In this document: in pieces, positions 48,005-58,528 of the stretch
Numbering within the stretch: the first letter of the stretch is position 1
Layout of the letters: each line of letters begins with the position of its first letter
Virus record (IMG/VR): IMGVR_UViG_3300035034_001742
Location: 1 to 64,000 of that record
From: a virus
Reading direction: 5' to 3' (one strand)
Length of the DNA: 64,000 bases
Program-made: the position numbers and the translations under genes
The notes under the pieces: model-generated
Database searches by the model: none
Told to the model about the DNA's origin: nothing
Seen by the model: the letters and a program-made list of their open reading frames with translations, nothing else

Positions 48005-49215
48005 TGGATGAATCCAATAATCATTTTTGCATGGCGCCATGGCTTCATTTACACATGTGGCCAAATGGTAACGTGTATCCATGTTGTACTGCACCGTCAG
48101 AGGATCCATTTGGCAATACCAAGACTGAATCATTAGAAGAAGTATGGAATGGAGATCGTATGCGAGAGCTACGATCTAACATGCTCTCCGATAAGCCAAG
48201 CAAGTCATGTGAACGTTGTTACAAACTGGAGGAGCATGGTTCCTTTAGTATGCGCAAAGACATGAACCAAAAATTCAAGCACCGCTATAACGATACCAAA
48301 AAGACACACCAAGATGGGCATCATCCCGAAATGAAAATGCGATACATGGACATTCGGTTCAGCAACATTTGCAACTTCAAGTGTCGCAGTTGTGGGCCTG
48401 AGTTGAGCTCGCTGTGGTACGACGATCAGGTTATATTACATGGCAAGCCGGATGGCAAGCGAATACAGCGTCCGTTTAAAACTACCACTGAGCTATGGCA
48501 AAACCTTGAAAAGATTCTTCCTTATGTTGAAGAAGTTTACTTTGCAGGTGGCGAGCCTCTTGTGTCCGTTGAGCATTATGAGATACTAGATTACTTAGTC
48601 GAGCATAATAGAACTGATGTGCGTTTGGTATACAACACCAACTTCAGTAAACTGCGTTTCAAAGGCAAAGACGTATTTGATTATTGGAAAAAGTTTGCAG
48701 ACGTTAATGTTGGTGCTAGCTTGGATGCCATGGGAGAACGCGCCGAGTACATGCGTGCAGGAACAGTGTGGGAAGACATAGAAATAAACAGACAGCGTTT
48801 GCAAAAAGAATGCCCGCATGTTTCTTTCTTTATTGCCGCTACTGTATCTCTTTACAACGGCTGGCACTTGCCCGACTTTTACTTGGACTGGCTAAACAAA
48901 GGGTTTTCGCATTGGGAATCAATCAATATAAATATATTGCATTACCCAGCACACCTCAGCTTAACTGTGTTACCTGCAGAAATCAAAGAACAGATAACTG
49001 CAAAGTATAAAAGAGCAATTGCACGCATACCACCTGAGTACAGAGAATTTAATAGACTGGCAAGCGTGGTTGACTACATGAACAGTCGTGATGACAGTCA
49101 CATGATTCCAGAATTCTTCAAGCGCAATGAAACACTTGACGACATCAGAAATGAAGACTTTATTACTGCATTTCCTGAACTAAAGCCCATGATGCAATAC
49201 AAGGAAACAAAATGA
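48004..49215 (+). CDS. Radical SAM/SPASM (twitch) protein
   Basis: CNFKCRSC; AGGEP; FCMAPW...YPCC...CERC. Confidence 0.9.
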   Translation: MDESNNHFCMAPWLHLHMWPNGNVYPCCTAPSEDPFGNTKTESLEEVWNGDRMRELRSNMLSDKPSKSCERCYKLEEHGSFSMRKDMNQKFKHRYNDTKKTHQDGHHPEMKMRYMDIRFSNICNFKCRSCGPELSSLWYDDQVILHGKPDGKRIQRPFKTTTELWQNLEKILPYVEEVYFAGGEPLVSVEHYEILDYLVEHNRTDVRLVYNTNFSKLRFKGKDVFDYWKKFADVNVGASLDAMGERAEYMRAGTVWEDIEINRQRLQKECPHVSFFIAATVSLYNGWHLPDFYLDWLNKGFSHWESININILHYPAHLSLTVLPAEIKEQITAKYKRAIARIPPEYREFNRLASVVDYMNSRDDSHMIPEFFKRNETLDDIRNEDFITAFPELKPMMQYKETK

Positions 49216-49325
49216 AAAACGACAGACATGTTGTACTATACAATCGGTATCTAATCTGTTACTACTTGTACATTCCAACATACCGCATTGTAGATGATCA
49301 GTTTTGGGACGATGCTAGTAAATGA
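49212..49325 (+). CDS. 37-aa Tyr-rich peptide (not in ORF track)
   Basis: MKNDRHVVLYNRYLICYYLYIPTYRIVDDQFWDDASK; AAGGA RBS; ATGA overlaps at both ends. Confidence 0.68.
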   Translation: MKNDRHVVLYNRYLICYYLYIPTYRIVDDQFWDDASK

Positions 49326-50539
49326 GCAAAGCCAAAACTAACTTCTGCGTGCTGCCTTGGGTACACCTAAGTGCCGATACAGATGGCACCTTTAGTCCGT
49401 GCTGTCTGTATCAAGGTGCCATCAAACGCGACGATGGTAAGAAGCACATAACCGAAGGTGTTACTGTTAGTGACGTGTGGAACGGCAAATACATGCAGGA
49501 TCTGCGTACCCAGTTTATTAACGATGAGAGGCCGCATGAGTGTCGTTACTGCTGGGACTTAGAAGACGGTGGCATGAAAAGCAAGCGAATAAACGACTTA
49601 GAGCGGTTCCATGTACCAGAACAAGCCTATGAGGCTGTTACCTCGGAAAAACCCATCTATTTCGACTTAAAACTAGGCAGTATATGCAATCTAAAGTGCC
49701 GTATATGCACGTTTGAGAACAGTATCAAGTGGGCCAAAGATGCCAAAGCGTTAAAGCTTGCAGACGACAGTCTTGTGGATTACTACCTTGCAAACAGTCG
49801 GTGGGCAGAAGACTATCCTGAATTTTGGCAAGACCTATTGCAATACACAGATGATGTTGTGCAAATAGACTTTGCAGGTGGTGACCCATTACTGATCAAG
49901 GAGCATTACCGTTTCTTAGAAATGTTAACTGAGCGTACAGATGTATCTAACATAGCCATTCACTATAATACCAACGGCACCATACTGCCCTCGGATCATG
50001 TACTACAAAATATATGGCCGCAGTTCAAGCGTGTCGAGATAATGCTAAGCATAGATGCAGTAGGCAAGAAGTTTGAATATCAGCGACATGGAGCAAAGTG
50101 GCCAACTGTGGATAAGAATGTTGCAAAGTTTGATGCATTCGACAATACTGTTTTACAGGTTTGCCATACAGTAAATATACTAAACGTTCTTGACATTTGC
50201 GACTTCGTGGTATGGGCAGAAGATAAGAACCTTGAAATCTATTTTAACATGTTGTATCATCCGGATTATTACAATATTAAAAACTTGCCGCTGTCGGCAA
50301 AACAAGTTGTAACTAACCGAGTTAAACACATGCTAAATACACATACGTTTAAATACAAGTCGGCCAGTAAGTCACTTGAAGAAATACGCGACTATGTTGG
50401 TACACCAGGTGGGACCGGCGAGTTAATTGCATTTAATGATATTACACACAAACTTGATGATTTTAGAAATGAAGACTTTGCATCAACTTTCCCGGAGTTA
50501 AAAGAGCACCTATATGGAGAAGCCAAACAAACTACCTGA
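49322..50539 (+). CDS. Radical SAM/SPASM (twitch) protein
   Basis: CNLKCRIC; AGGDP; FCVLPW...SPCC...CRYC. Confidence 0.9.
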   Translation: MSKAKTNFCVLPWVHLSADTDGTFSPCCLYQGAIKRDDGKKHITEGVTVSDVWNGKYMQDLRTQFINDERPHECRYCWDLEDGGMKSKRINDLERFHVPEQAYEAVTSEKPIYFDLKLGSICNLKCRICTFENSIKWAKDAKALKLADDSLVDYYLANSRWAEDYPEFWQDLLQYTDDVVQIDFAGGDPLLIKEHYRFLEMLTERTDVSNIAIHYNTNGTILPSDHVLQNIWPQFKRVEIMLSIDAVGKKFEYQRHGAKWPTVDKNVAKFDAFDNTVLQVCHTVNILNVLDICDFVVWAEDKNLEIYFNMLYHPDYYNIKNLPLSAKQVVTNRVKHMLNTHTFKYKSASKSLEEIRDYVGTPGGTGELIAFNDITHKLDDFRNEDFASTFPELKEHLYGEAKQTT

Positions 50540-51842
50540 TGTATTCTGTACGGCACCGTGGACTCACACCTATGTTAGTCCTCAAGGCGAAAGACGCCTA
50601 TGCTGTGCCAGTAGAGAAGACGCATCATTTCAACGACAGTACATAGATGCTGACACCGGAACAAAGACCGACACGTTCAATCCTGATACTTTAGTCCAGC
50701 ACTGGAACTCAGAGTACATGAAAGATATTCGCAAGCGCATAATGGCCGGTGAGAAGATATCACAATGCGAAGTGTGCAACGATCAAGTTCTCAATCTACA
50801 CACCTATCGTAACTATTTTACTCAGACTCTCTTTCCTCATCACATTGATAAAATTTACGAGAGTACATCGGAAGATGGCCACACCACACTTGAACCCGTT
50901 AGCTTCGATTATCGACTTAGCAACCGTTGCGACTTTAAATGTCGTATGTGCGGAGAGCAACTTAGCTCAAGCTGGGAAGCCGAAAAGCGAAAGCATGGCA
51001 TGTGGGATCCTAAGATTGACAAGTGGATGGCACCAGAACTACGCATTCCAATCAAAGACTTTCAAGAGAATGTGCTCGAAGATGAGCTACAACGTGCCGT
51101 AGACAACGAAACAGTTGAAGAATTATATTGGGTAGGCGGCGAACCATTGATGTGGGAGAAGCACTGGACCGTGATGCAACAACTTGTTGATACAGGTCAC
51201 TCCAAGAATGTGGTTGTGCGCTACAATACGAACCTAAACCGATTGAGTCGTAAAGATTCAAAGCTGTACGACTTGTTGCCGCATTTCAAGCGCGTTAACC
51301 TGTGCGCTAGCATAGACGGTGGTGGGCCAATAGGCGAATACATACGAACCGGATTAAACTGGACAAAATGGTTAGACAATTTCAAACAAGGACTATTCTT
51401 AAAAGAACAGTTCGGTAACGACGGCATTGTGTTCGATGTAACACTGACCATGCCCGGGTTGTTTGCCCTGCAAGACATGTTTGACTTGGCAATTGAGTTA
51501 GACGTCAAAACTTATTTAAAGATTACATTTTCGTTTGACAGTACTGTTCTCATGTCGCCCATGTCATTGCCACGCAATGTTCTTGATGGCATCATAGATG
51601 ACTTGTTGGTTCATATGACACCACGAGCAACCGATAAAACACAAGTGTACATTGACACGCTTAAAGAAATGAAGAAGCGCCCTGTATTTGAAGAGCAGTA
51701 TGACAACTATCAAGACGGCTTTCGAGAAGGACGTAAACGTTTGCTTGACATAGAAGCAATTAGAAAACAACCAATTATCATGGAAGAAATACTTTCGACC
51801 AACAGTCTTGCACTGAGTTGGTGGAATCAGGAGATACAATGA
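50514..51842 (+). CDS. Radical SAM/SPASM (twitch) protein
   Basis: CDFKCRMC; VGGEP; FCTAPW...RLCC...CEVC. Confidence 0.9.
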   Translation: MEKPNKLPDVFCTAPWTHTYVSPQGERRLCCASREDASFQRQYIDADTGTKTDTFNPDTLVQHWNSEYMKDIRKRIMAGEKISQCEVCNDQVLNLHTYRNYFTQTLFPHHIDKIYESTSEDGHTTLEPVSFDYRLSNRCDFKCRMCGEQLSSSWEAEKRKHGMWDPKIDKWMAPELRIPIKDFQENVLEDELQRAVDNETVEELYWVGGEPLMWEKHWTVMQQLVDTGHSKNVVVRYNTNLNRLSRKDSKLYDLLPHFKRVNLCASIDGGGPIGEYIRTGLNWTKWLDNFKQGLFLKEQFGNDGIVFDVTLTMPGLFALQDMFDLAIELDVKTYLKITFSFDSTVLMSPMSLPRNVLDGIIDDLLVHMTPRATDKTQVYIDTLKEMKKRPVFEEQYDNYQDGFREGRKRLLDIEAIRKQPIIMEEILSTNSLALSWWNQEIQ

Positions 51843-53104
51843 GCAAAGATCCAAATAAAACATTTTGTGTGCTACCGTGGATTCACTTAGCAACACATCC
51901 TATGGGGCATGTTACTCTTTGTTGTGAAGCTGACATGAACAATAATGCTAGTAGCAGTAGAGACAAGTTCGATACCATAGACGGCAAGCAACTAGAAGAA
52001 CTAAAGTATTTAGGCAAGCATGCAATAACAAAAATACACAATAGCGATTACTTTAACGAAGTGCGCAAGCAAATGTTAGAAGGCGAACGTCCTTCGGCTT
52101 GTACCAGATGTTTTGACCGCGAAGACCAAGGACTAGACAGTAAGCGATTGCTGGAACACCGTGAGTATCCCAATTATAAAATCGAAGAAGCAATCGAAAA
52201 CACAAACGACAACGGCAGTCTAAAGAAAACAGATTTCAGATTTGTTGAGTTTAGGCTGGGCAATGTGTGTAATGTAAAATGTAGAACATGTAACCCTGCT
52301 AGCTCAAACAGATGGAAAACCGATTACGAAAAACTACAAGACGGTGACTGGGATGGTGCCAAAGCAATTCCTCAGTACCGTGGAATAGATTGGAGTACAT
52401 TTGACTGGTGCGAAGACCCAGACGTTTATGAGGATATTCTTGATAAGTGTGAAAACTTAGAAAGCCTATATATAAATGGCGGTGAGCCAACACTCATTAA
52501 AGAGCATTGGACATTCCTTCAGCAACTCATTGACAAAGGATTTGCAAAGAATATTAAAGTATGGTACAGTTTGAATATGACAATGATTCCAGACATTGCA
52601 TTTGAGTTGTGGAGTCAATTTAAAGAAGTTGAAATACGCGCAAGCATAGACGATATTGAACACCGTAATACTTACATAAGACACCCGACCAAATGGAAGA
52701 ATGTGCTGAAAACTGTTGACCTATGCTTGAATAGTGACACTGTTAGAATTAAAATATTGCAAACTATAAGTGTATATAATTTCCCATACTTGAGTGAGTT
52801 TCACGATTACTGGAACAACTACAACGACCGCATAGAAATTGCACACAACTTTGTTATGTATCCTGACTTCATGGCACCCGATGTAATTCCGTTGGAAATA
52901 AGAAAGAAAATAATTGAAAAGATTATGCAATGCAATACAATGTCGCAACAACAGAAGCATGAAATACAACAATTATACGGAACAAAAGAACACGATCCCG
53001 AGAAATGGCAACTGTTTCTTAATTACACTGCTGAGCTTGACTCAATAAGACGCGAATCGTTTGATGAAACTTTTCCTGAATTTAAAGAATTAATAGATGG
53101 TTAA
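51839..53104 (+). CDS. Radical SAM/SPASM (twitch) protein (start corrected to MSKDP)
   Basis: CNVKCRTC; NGGEP; FCVLPW...TLCC...CTRC; GGAG RBS and ATGA overlap. Confidence 0.9.
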   Translation: MSKDPNKTFCVLPWIHLATHPMGHVTLCCEADMNNNASSSRDKFDTIDGKQLEELKYLGKHAITKIHNSDYFNEVRKQMLEGERPSACTRCFDREDQGLDSKRLLEHREYPNYKIEEAIENTNDNGSLKKTDFRFVEFRLGNVCNVKCRTCNPASSNRWKTDYEKLQDGDWDGAKAIPQYRGIDWSTFDWCEDPDVYEDILDKCENLESLYINGGEPTLIKEHWTFLQQLIDKGFAKNIKVWYSLNMTMIPDIAFELWSQFKEVEIRASIDDIEHRNTYIRHPTKWKNVLKTVDLCLNSDTVRIKILQTISVYNFPYLSEFHDYWNNYNDRIEIAHNFVMYPDFMAPDVIPLEIRKKIIEKIMQCNTMSQQQKHEIQQLYGTKEHDPEKWQLFLNYTAELDSIRRESFDETFPEFKELIDG

Positions 53105-54179
53105 TTTAGTTCATAGCAGAAACAAAGACTTAAAACGTAAATCTTACCGCGGCAAAGATTCGTTATTTGGTTATCTTGATTATTATGATGTTGAGTACTC
53201 GAGTGTTTACCGACATCATGGATATCTGGTTATAGAATTAGTTAACATTTTCGAAACTGCTGACCTGCTTGATTACTTTAGCCCGTGTGAACGCGCAATG
53301 GTAGCAAGCGGTTGGTACAAATTGTTATTGTTTTATCCGAAGGAACCGGTAAGTTATCGGTTAATAAAGACATCGTTGGATGCACTAAACAATCATTTCA
53401 TACCGAATAAAAATATTATACTTGTGACAGGTGAACACGGACCTGAACTACTGCGAGAGTTTCCGTCGGATCTAACTGTTATACCGTACTTCTGGTTTGA
53501 TATGTCCACCTTGCACAGTTATAGTGGACGCACCGATATATCACATAACCCGAGCAAGAGTTTTTTGTGTTATAATGGCACAGTAAAGCTACATCGAACA
53601 CTGATGTTCGAGCAACTTCAGGACAACAAAGACGGCTATGTTAGCTACCTCAAGCGCATTTACAGCAAAGATGTTGTGCAGGATGAAATAGATAACAGTT
53701 TGCTATCAGTACATGAAAAGATAGTTGCACAGAATATATCCTATTCGTCACCTGTTGAAATTGATTTGTCTCCGAGCCAATGTATTACAAATCAGTTTAC
53801 AGACGACTTAGATTTATATCACGACACCAAATTTAGTATTGTTACTGAATCTATCTCGAGTACCGGCTCTTTGTTCATAACAGAAAAAACATTTAAAGCA
53901 ATATTATCTATGCATCCGTTTATGATTTCGGGAAGCCCAGGGCTGATTGCGTTTATGCAGTCACAAGGCTATAAAAGTTATGACTTGATGTTTGACGAAA
54001 CGTATGATAATATACGACACCTAACAGATCGCATGCGAGCCATTGTCGACCAGGTAGCTAATTGTAAATCAACAAATCCGGAATCGGTGTTTGATATTGC
54101 ACATTTTAACCGAGAGAGATGCCTAACCACTGACTATGGCTCTCGACTAAACAGTTTACTTGAGCTCATCGACAAATGA
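53097..54179 (+). CDS. GT-B/GT10-like glycosyltransferase-related protein
   Basis: FLCYNG...HR; FSIVTES...FITEKTFKAI...HPF; FDETYD. Confidence 0.6.
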   Translation: MVNLVHSRNKDLKRKSYRGKDSLFGYLDYYDVEYSSVYRHHGYLVIELVNIFETADLLDYFSPCERAMVASGWYKLLLFYPKEPVSYRLIKTSLDALNNHFIPNKNIILVTGEHGPELLREFPSDLTVIPYFWFDMSTLHSYSGRTDISHNPSKSFLCYNGTVKLHRTLMFEQLQDNKDGYVSYLKRIYSKDVVQDEIDNSLLSVHEKIVAQNISYSSPVEIDLSPSQCITNQFTDDLDLYHDTKFSIVTESISSTGSLFITEKTFKAILSMHPFMISGSPGLIAFMQSQGYKSYDLMFDETYDNIRHLTDRMRAIVDQVANCKSTNPESVFDIAHFNRERCLTTDYGSRLNSLLELIDK

Positions 54180-54820
54180 AAATACTATTACTGGTCCCGG
54201 ATTTTAGCGATCCTTTCGTATCGCATATGATGAGTAGATTATCCAGCAATGATGATAACTTAGATATTAAAACATTTAGTTATGAGTTCGATGTAAGCAT
54301 GTATGATATTATATATATATTTCCCGGAATGATCCACGGACATATTACAGATAGCATTATTAAGAAAAAAGTAGGACCACTCGTGCTTGGGTTATTATCA
54401 CACCATAACAGTGTGCTGTTATTGCACCATCATTACTCCTGTTTTTATCATGCAGTTACGCTAACTTTTCGTGTAGTTACTGAAAATTTATTTATTAATC
54501 CTTTTGGTATGCTGGTGTTGTTACACAAATATCCGGTAATAGAAAACTATCAATTCGGCAACGGTGACCACGATACCTTCATTTTTGCGAATAACAGTGC
54601 TATAATCTGCTTGGTATCAAGGGTTAATGTTGAAGAGCATGACAAAAAACTAATGCCTGTTATACCGCTTAACGAGTATGTATCGACAAACTTTGAGTTT
54701 GATATTTTCTTTAATGAAAGTTATATATCCTTACCTGTCTTAAGAGAGTTCGGTGATTCATTTTGGAAAATGAATTTTTATCAAATATGGGAGAGCTTTT
54801 ATCATAAAACTTATGGATGA
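54176..54820 (+). CDS. Hypothetical protein
   Basis: Coupled ORF; no recognised motif. Confidence 0.5.
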   Translation: MKILLLVPDFSDPFVSHMMSRLSSNDDNLDIKTFSYEFDVSMYDIIYIFPGMIHGHITDSIIKKKVGPLVLGLLSHHNSVLLLHHHYSCFYHAVTLTFRVVTENLFINPFGMLVLLHKYPVIENYQFGNGDHDTFIFANNSAIICLVSRVNVEEHDKKLMPVIPLNEYVSTNFEFDIFFNESYISLPVLREFGDSFWKMNFYQIWESFYHKTYG

Positions 54821-55955
54821 GCATTCGTACAAGACAGGACGTACATTTTACGATACTGTGTTTTACTATGACTACAAATATGCAAATATGCATGTTAAGC
54901 CAGTCGATTGCAGATATGTAGACTATTCAATAGGGATCATACATTATATTGTTTCGCACTGGGGGTATTTCGGCGACAAGCCGGCTGACATAACAGATGA
55001 AATGATTCGATATGCCAAGCAAGGAAAGGTTAACATTCTATTTGATTTTTCATTCGAGGGAGAATTATTACCACTACAAAATTTCTTAGATCATATGAGT
55101 GGGTTGGGATTGCCAGAAAATTCTTACAGTGCAATCACATCTGCAGGGTATCTCGACGGGTTTTGTCTGCCGGATAAACGCATGATACATTCACCTATGT
55201 TTGAAGTAAAGGCGCTAAAGTGCATGCGATATGAAATTGATAAGCCCATACACAGTTTCGGATTAACGGAACGTCGTAAATTTATAATGCTGAATGCAAG
55301 ACCGAGGCCAGGTCGAATTATACTTTCGTATTTACTATATGCCGCCAATGTTCTCGATAAAGGCTATTGCTCTGTGCCAGCAGAAACAGGAAACGTTGTG
55401 GAAACTTACGATTTTTTTGAAACAATAGAAGTAGAAAAAAAGAGAGGGTTTAGTAACATCAATCCTGCCACAGTGAGTAAAATGCATGCACAGCTACCCT
55501 TTGTGGTCGACCAAGTTAATTACAACAATTCAATAATAATCAATGATACTATATTCTCAGATATATATGACCTAGTAGACTTTGCATTGATTACCGAAAC
55601 CATGGCCGATGAATACCCGGGTAAAGTTTTTATAACAGAAAAAGTACTTAAAGCAATTGCAAATAAAGTTCCGTTTATTGTGCTCGGAGATATACACACA
55701 TTAAAATATTTAAAACAGTTAGGATATAAAACGTTTGATTTTTTAATTGACGAAAGCTATGACTCGATGCCGTATGTCGATAGAGTAAATACAATAGTTG
55801 CAGAAGTAACACGATTATGTGATGTAGATTTTAACAAGTACAGTACCCAGATTAAAGCAGTGACAGAACACAATTATAGTGTGCTGTCCAATGCAGACAA
55901 CTACACAAAGAGAATATCTAATGTAATAGATTTTCTTAGCAAACGCCCTACATAA
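54813..55955 (+). CDS. GT-B/GT10-like glycosyltransferase-related protein
   Basis: FIMLNARPRP.R; LITET...FITEKVLKAI...PFIVLG; GYKTF..LIDESYD. Confidence 0.62.
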   Translation: MDEHSYKTGRTFYDTVFYYDYKYANMHVKPVDCRYVDYSIGIIHYIVSHWGYFGDKPADITDEMIRYAKQGKVNILFDFSFEGELLPLQNFLDHMSGLGLPENSYSAITSAGYLDGFCLPDKRMIHSPMFEVKALKCMRYEIDKPIHSFGLTERRKFIMLNARPRPGRIILSYLLYAANVLDKGYCSVPAETGNVVETYDFFETIEVEKKRGFSNINPATVSKMHAQLPFVVDQVNYNNSIIINDTIFSDIYDLVDFALITETMADEYPGKVFITEKVLKAIANKVPFIVLGDIHTLKYLKQLGYKTFDFLIDESYDSMPYVDRVNTIVAEVTRLCDVDFNKYSTQIKAVTEHNYSVLSNADNYTKRISNVIDFLSKRPT

Positions 55956-56096
55956 TTAATTTTTAAAAGAGACATCAATGTATAATTTACTACTAATACA
56001 ATTTAGTAACAACCTGTTGGAGAATATCTCCGACTCACTTAACAAGTAAAATGTCACTGGCACGTAATAAATAAACTAAAACATATTAGGACAATC

Positions 56097-57311
56097 ATGA
56101 AAGTTGGATTTATAGGAATTGGAAAATTGGGTGAGCCATGTGCTTACCAAATGTCAAAACACTACGATGTAATAGGTTATGATTCGTTTGCAACCCAATC
56201 ACGCTTTCCACAAGCAGATTCAGTACAAGAATGCATGCAAGGCAGAGATATAATTTTTATTGCTGTGCCTACGCCACATGACCCAGCATACGATGGCAAA
56301 GAACCTACCACTCACTTAGAGCCAAAGGATTTCAATTATTCTATAGTTGAAGAAGTATTAAATGAAGTCGCTAAACACGCATCTAACAAACAATTAGTTG
56401 TTCTCATCAGCACAGTGTTACCTGGTACTACTAGGTCAGTTTTTCAGCCATATTTAGGCGGATTTAGGTTCGTGTATAACCCTTATTTGATAGCAATGGG
56501 GACTGTAGAATTTGATATGGTAAACCCAGAGATGATCATTATAGGAACCGAAGACGGATCGTTAACTGGCGATGCGCAAGCACTCATTGACTTTTACAAA
56601 CCTATAATGGAAAACAACCCGCGCATCGAAGTAGGCACGTGGGATGAAGCCGAGTCAATCAAAATTTTCTACAATACCTGGATTAGTTCTAAGTTAGCAT
56701 TGGTTAACATGATGCAAGACGTAGCCGAAAAGAATGGCAACATCAATGTCGATGTGGTTACATCTGCATTGTCTAAATCAACATTTCGCATAACCGGACC
56801 CAAGTACATGACTGCCGGACTAGGCGACGGCGGTGCGTGTCACCCTAGAGATAATATTGCACTGCGCCACATGGCCGGTCAACTGGACCTCGGATATGAT
56901 TTGTTCGATGCAATCATGGTGGCCCGCGAACAGCAAGCCAGCAACATGGCCAAGAGCTTGGTTTCATACGGTTTGCCAGTTGTTATAGTGGGCAAGTCAT
57001 ACAAACCTGGTGTTCAGTATTCAGCAGGATCAATCAGTATCTTAACAGGTGAGTATGTAAAAAAACATGCAGGCGAAGTGTATTATATAGATCACGACAA
57101 ATGCGATGACGATCGAGACTGTGCAACATTTGACGAAAGTAAACCAATGACATACTTAATGGCACACTCCGAGGCAATAACGTACGATAACAATAGTGAT
57201 AACGCTGTGATCAGTCCAGTTGCAGGATCTGTTATTGTTGATCCGTGGCGCAAGCATCCGCCGGTCAACGGCGTAAAGGTTGTACACTACGGAAATACCA
57301 GACGTGTATAA
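56097..57311 (+). CDS. ugd: UDP-glucose/GDP-mannose dehydrogenase family protein
   Basis: Rossmann GFIGIGKLG, FIAVPTP, ISTVLPGT, AESIKIFYN, GDGGACHPRD; AATAAATA late motif at 56066. Confidence 0.9.
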   Translation: MKVGFIGIGKLGEPCAYQMSKHYDVIGYDSFATQSRFPQADSVQECMQGRDIIFIAVPTPHDPAYDGKEPTTHLEPKDFNYSIVEEVLNEVAKHASNKQLVVLISTVLPGTTRSVFQPYLGGFRFVYNPYLIAMGTVEFDMVNPEMIIIGTEDGSLTGDAQALIDFYKPIMENNPRIEVGTWDEAESIKIFYNTWISSKLALVNMMQDVAEKNGNINVDVVTSALSKSTFRITGPKYMTAGLGDGGACHPRDNIALRHMAGQLDLGYDLFDAIMVAREQQASNMAKSLVSYGLPVVIVGKSYKPGVQYSAGSISILTGEYVKKHAGEVYYIDHDKCDDDRDCATFDESKPMTYLMAHSEAITYDNNSDNAVISPVAGSVIVDPWRKHPPVNGVKVVHYGNTRRV

Positions 57312-57696
57312 GGTTGTTTCGTCGCCAATGTATTACGAAGAAATAAAAATAATGCATCTTATGTTACTTGCAAAACTAAAAGCATCTAACATGCTAGCCG
57401 CTCTGCCAGTAGACAATTCAATCAGCCACGACATTGCAAATAAATTCTTTAATACAGACTGTACCGGTAGTCATTTATTCCACCTACCGGCTGCTAAATG
57501 CTTTCGATTTAATGTGCCTGCGATTATAATTACAATGTTTGCATCGCAAGCAACACAAGGCAATCTTGTAATTAACAATGACATTATCATCAACGACGGA
57601 AGCACACCGTCGTTGATGATGTATGGAAACAACTTAAGAATTATCAATACTGTATCATCAACAGTGAGCTTAATAATATCATGCAAGAAAATTTAA
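57304..57696 (+). CDS. Hypothetical protein (paralog of 58145); start uncertain
   Basis: Shares VDN...IANKFFN...SH...LP...CFRF with the 58145 ORF. Confidence 0.65.
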   Translation: MYKVVSSPMYYEEIKIMHLMLLAKLKASNMLAALPVDNSISHDIANKFFNTDCTGSHLFHLPAAKCFRFNVPAIIITMFASQATQGNLVINNDIIINDGSTPSLMMYGNNLRIINTVSSTVSLIISCKKI

Positions 57697-58145
57697 TAAA
57701 GTTTCGTTTACCAAACTCAGTATGCTCACAGTTAGACAACATTGAATCTCGGTATACAATAGCTAAAGAAACCGGCAAGAAGAAATTTTTAAACAGCGGA
57801 TTCTATCTTAGTGAGTTGGACGCCAACGACTTTGACATGACTGAGACTTACCAGTTCATTGGTGACAAACTAAAATCAGCTGGGTTTAGAATATCAAAAG
57901 ACTTTAACTTAACGTTCATTACCAATTGGCCGGGGCAGACATATATACGACATACCGATAATGTTTTCTTTGTGCATATACCTGTCATCACACACGCAGA
58001 TTGTATGATGATTATCGAAGATACTTTATACCATCTTGAACGTAACTGTTTTTATATTCTTAATACCAAGAAGTGGCATAGCGCATTTAATCTAAGCGAC
58101 CAGCCGCGTTTACACTTGCTCCTAACTGCAGAAGAAATCAATTAA
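57681..58145 (+). CDS. 2OG-Fe(II) oxygenase, Asp/Asn beta-hydroxylase-like
   Basis: PG....HTD...VHIP..T...HSAFN....RLHL. Confidence 0.78.
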   Translation: MQENLIKFRLPNSVCSQLDNIESRYTIAKETGKKKFLNSGFYLSELDANDFDMTETYQFIGDKLKSAGFRISKDFNLTFITNWPGQTYIRHTDNVFFVHIPVITHADCMMIIEDTLYHLERNCFYILNTKKWHSAFNLSDQPRLHLLLTAEEIN

Positions 58146-58528
58146 TGATTTCAACAACGGATATGCAAACAGCAAAAAGTCACACAGCTACATTGCAAGC
58201 GCAAGAAACATACGCTGAACTAATACATCGCTTAACAAGAACTAATGTGTTCTCAGCTAATGCTGTCGATAATAACTTGGCAAATTCTATTGCAAATAAG
58301 TTTTTTAATTGCAGTTCAGTTTACAGTCATGTATTGTATCTACCATCGAGGACTTGTTTTCGCTTTGCTAAGCCGACCATGGTGGTTCCTTTGTTTGTTT
58401 CCGGTGACACTGTAATAGTTAACAACAAACACACCATTGTCAAATGCACCAATGACAGTATATTTTATAATAATGGGCTAGGTGTTGTTAATACCGGAGC
58501 ACCGTCGTGTCTGTTGGTGTCGCAGTGA
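58145..58528 (+). CDS. Hypothetical protein (paralog of 57304)
   Basis: VDNNLANSIANKFFN...SHVLYLP..TCFRF. Confidence 0.65.
   Translation: MISTTDMQTAKSHTATLQAQETYAELIHRLTRTNVFSANAVDNNLANSIANKFFNCSSVYSHVLYLPSRTCFRFAKPTMVVPLFVSGDTVIVNNKHTIVKCTNDSIFYNNGLGVVNTGAPSCLLVSQ

Noticed and set aside
55978-56049. 23-aa ORF MYNLLLIQFSNNLLENISDSLNK and a small hairpin
   Set aside because: Weak RBS, no coupling and no informative residues; evidence is insufficient.
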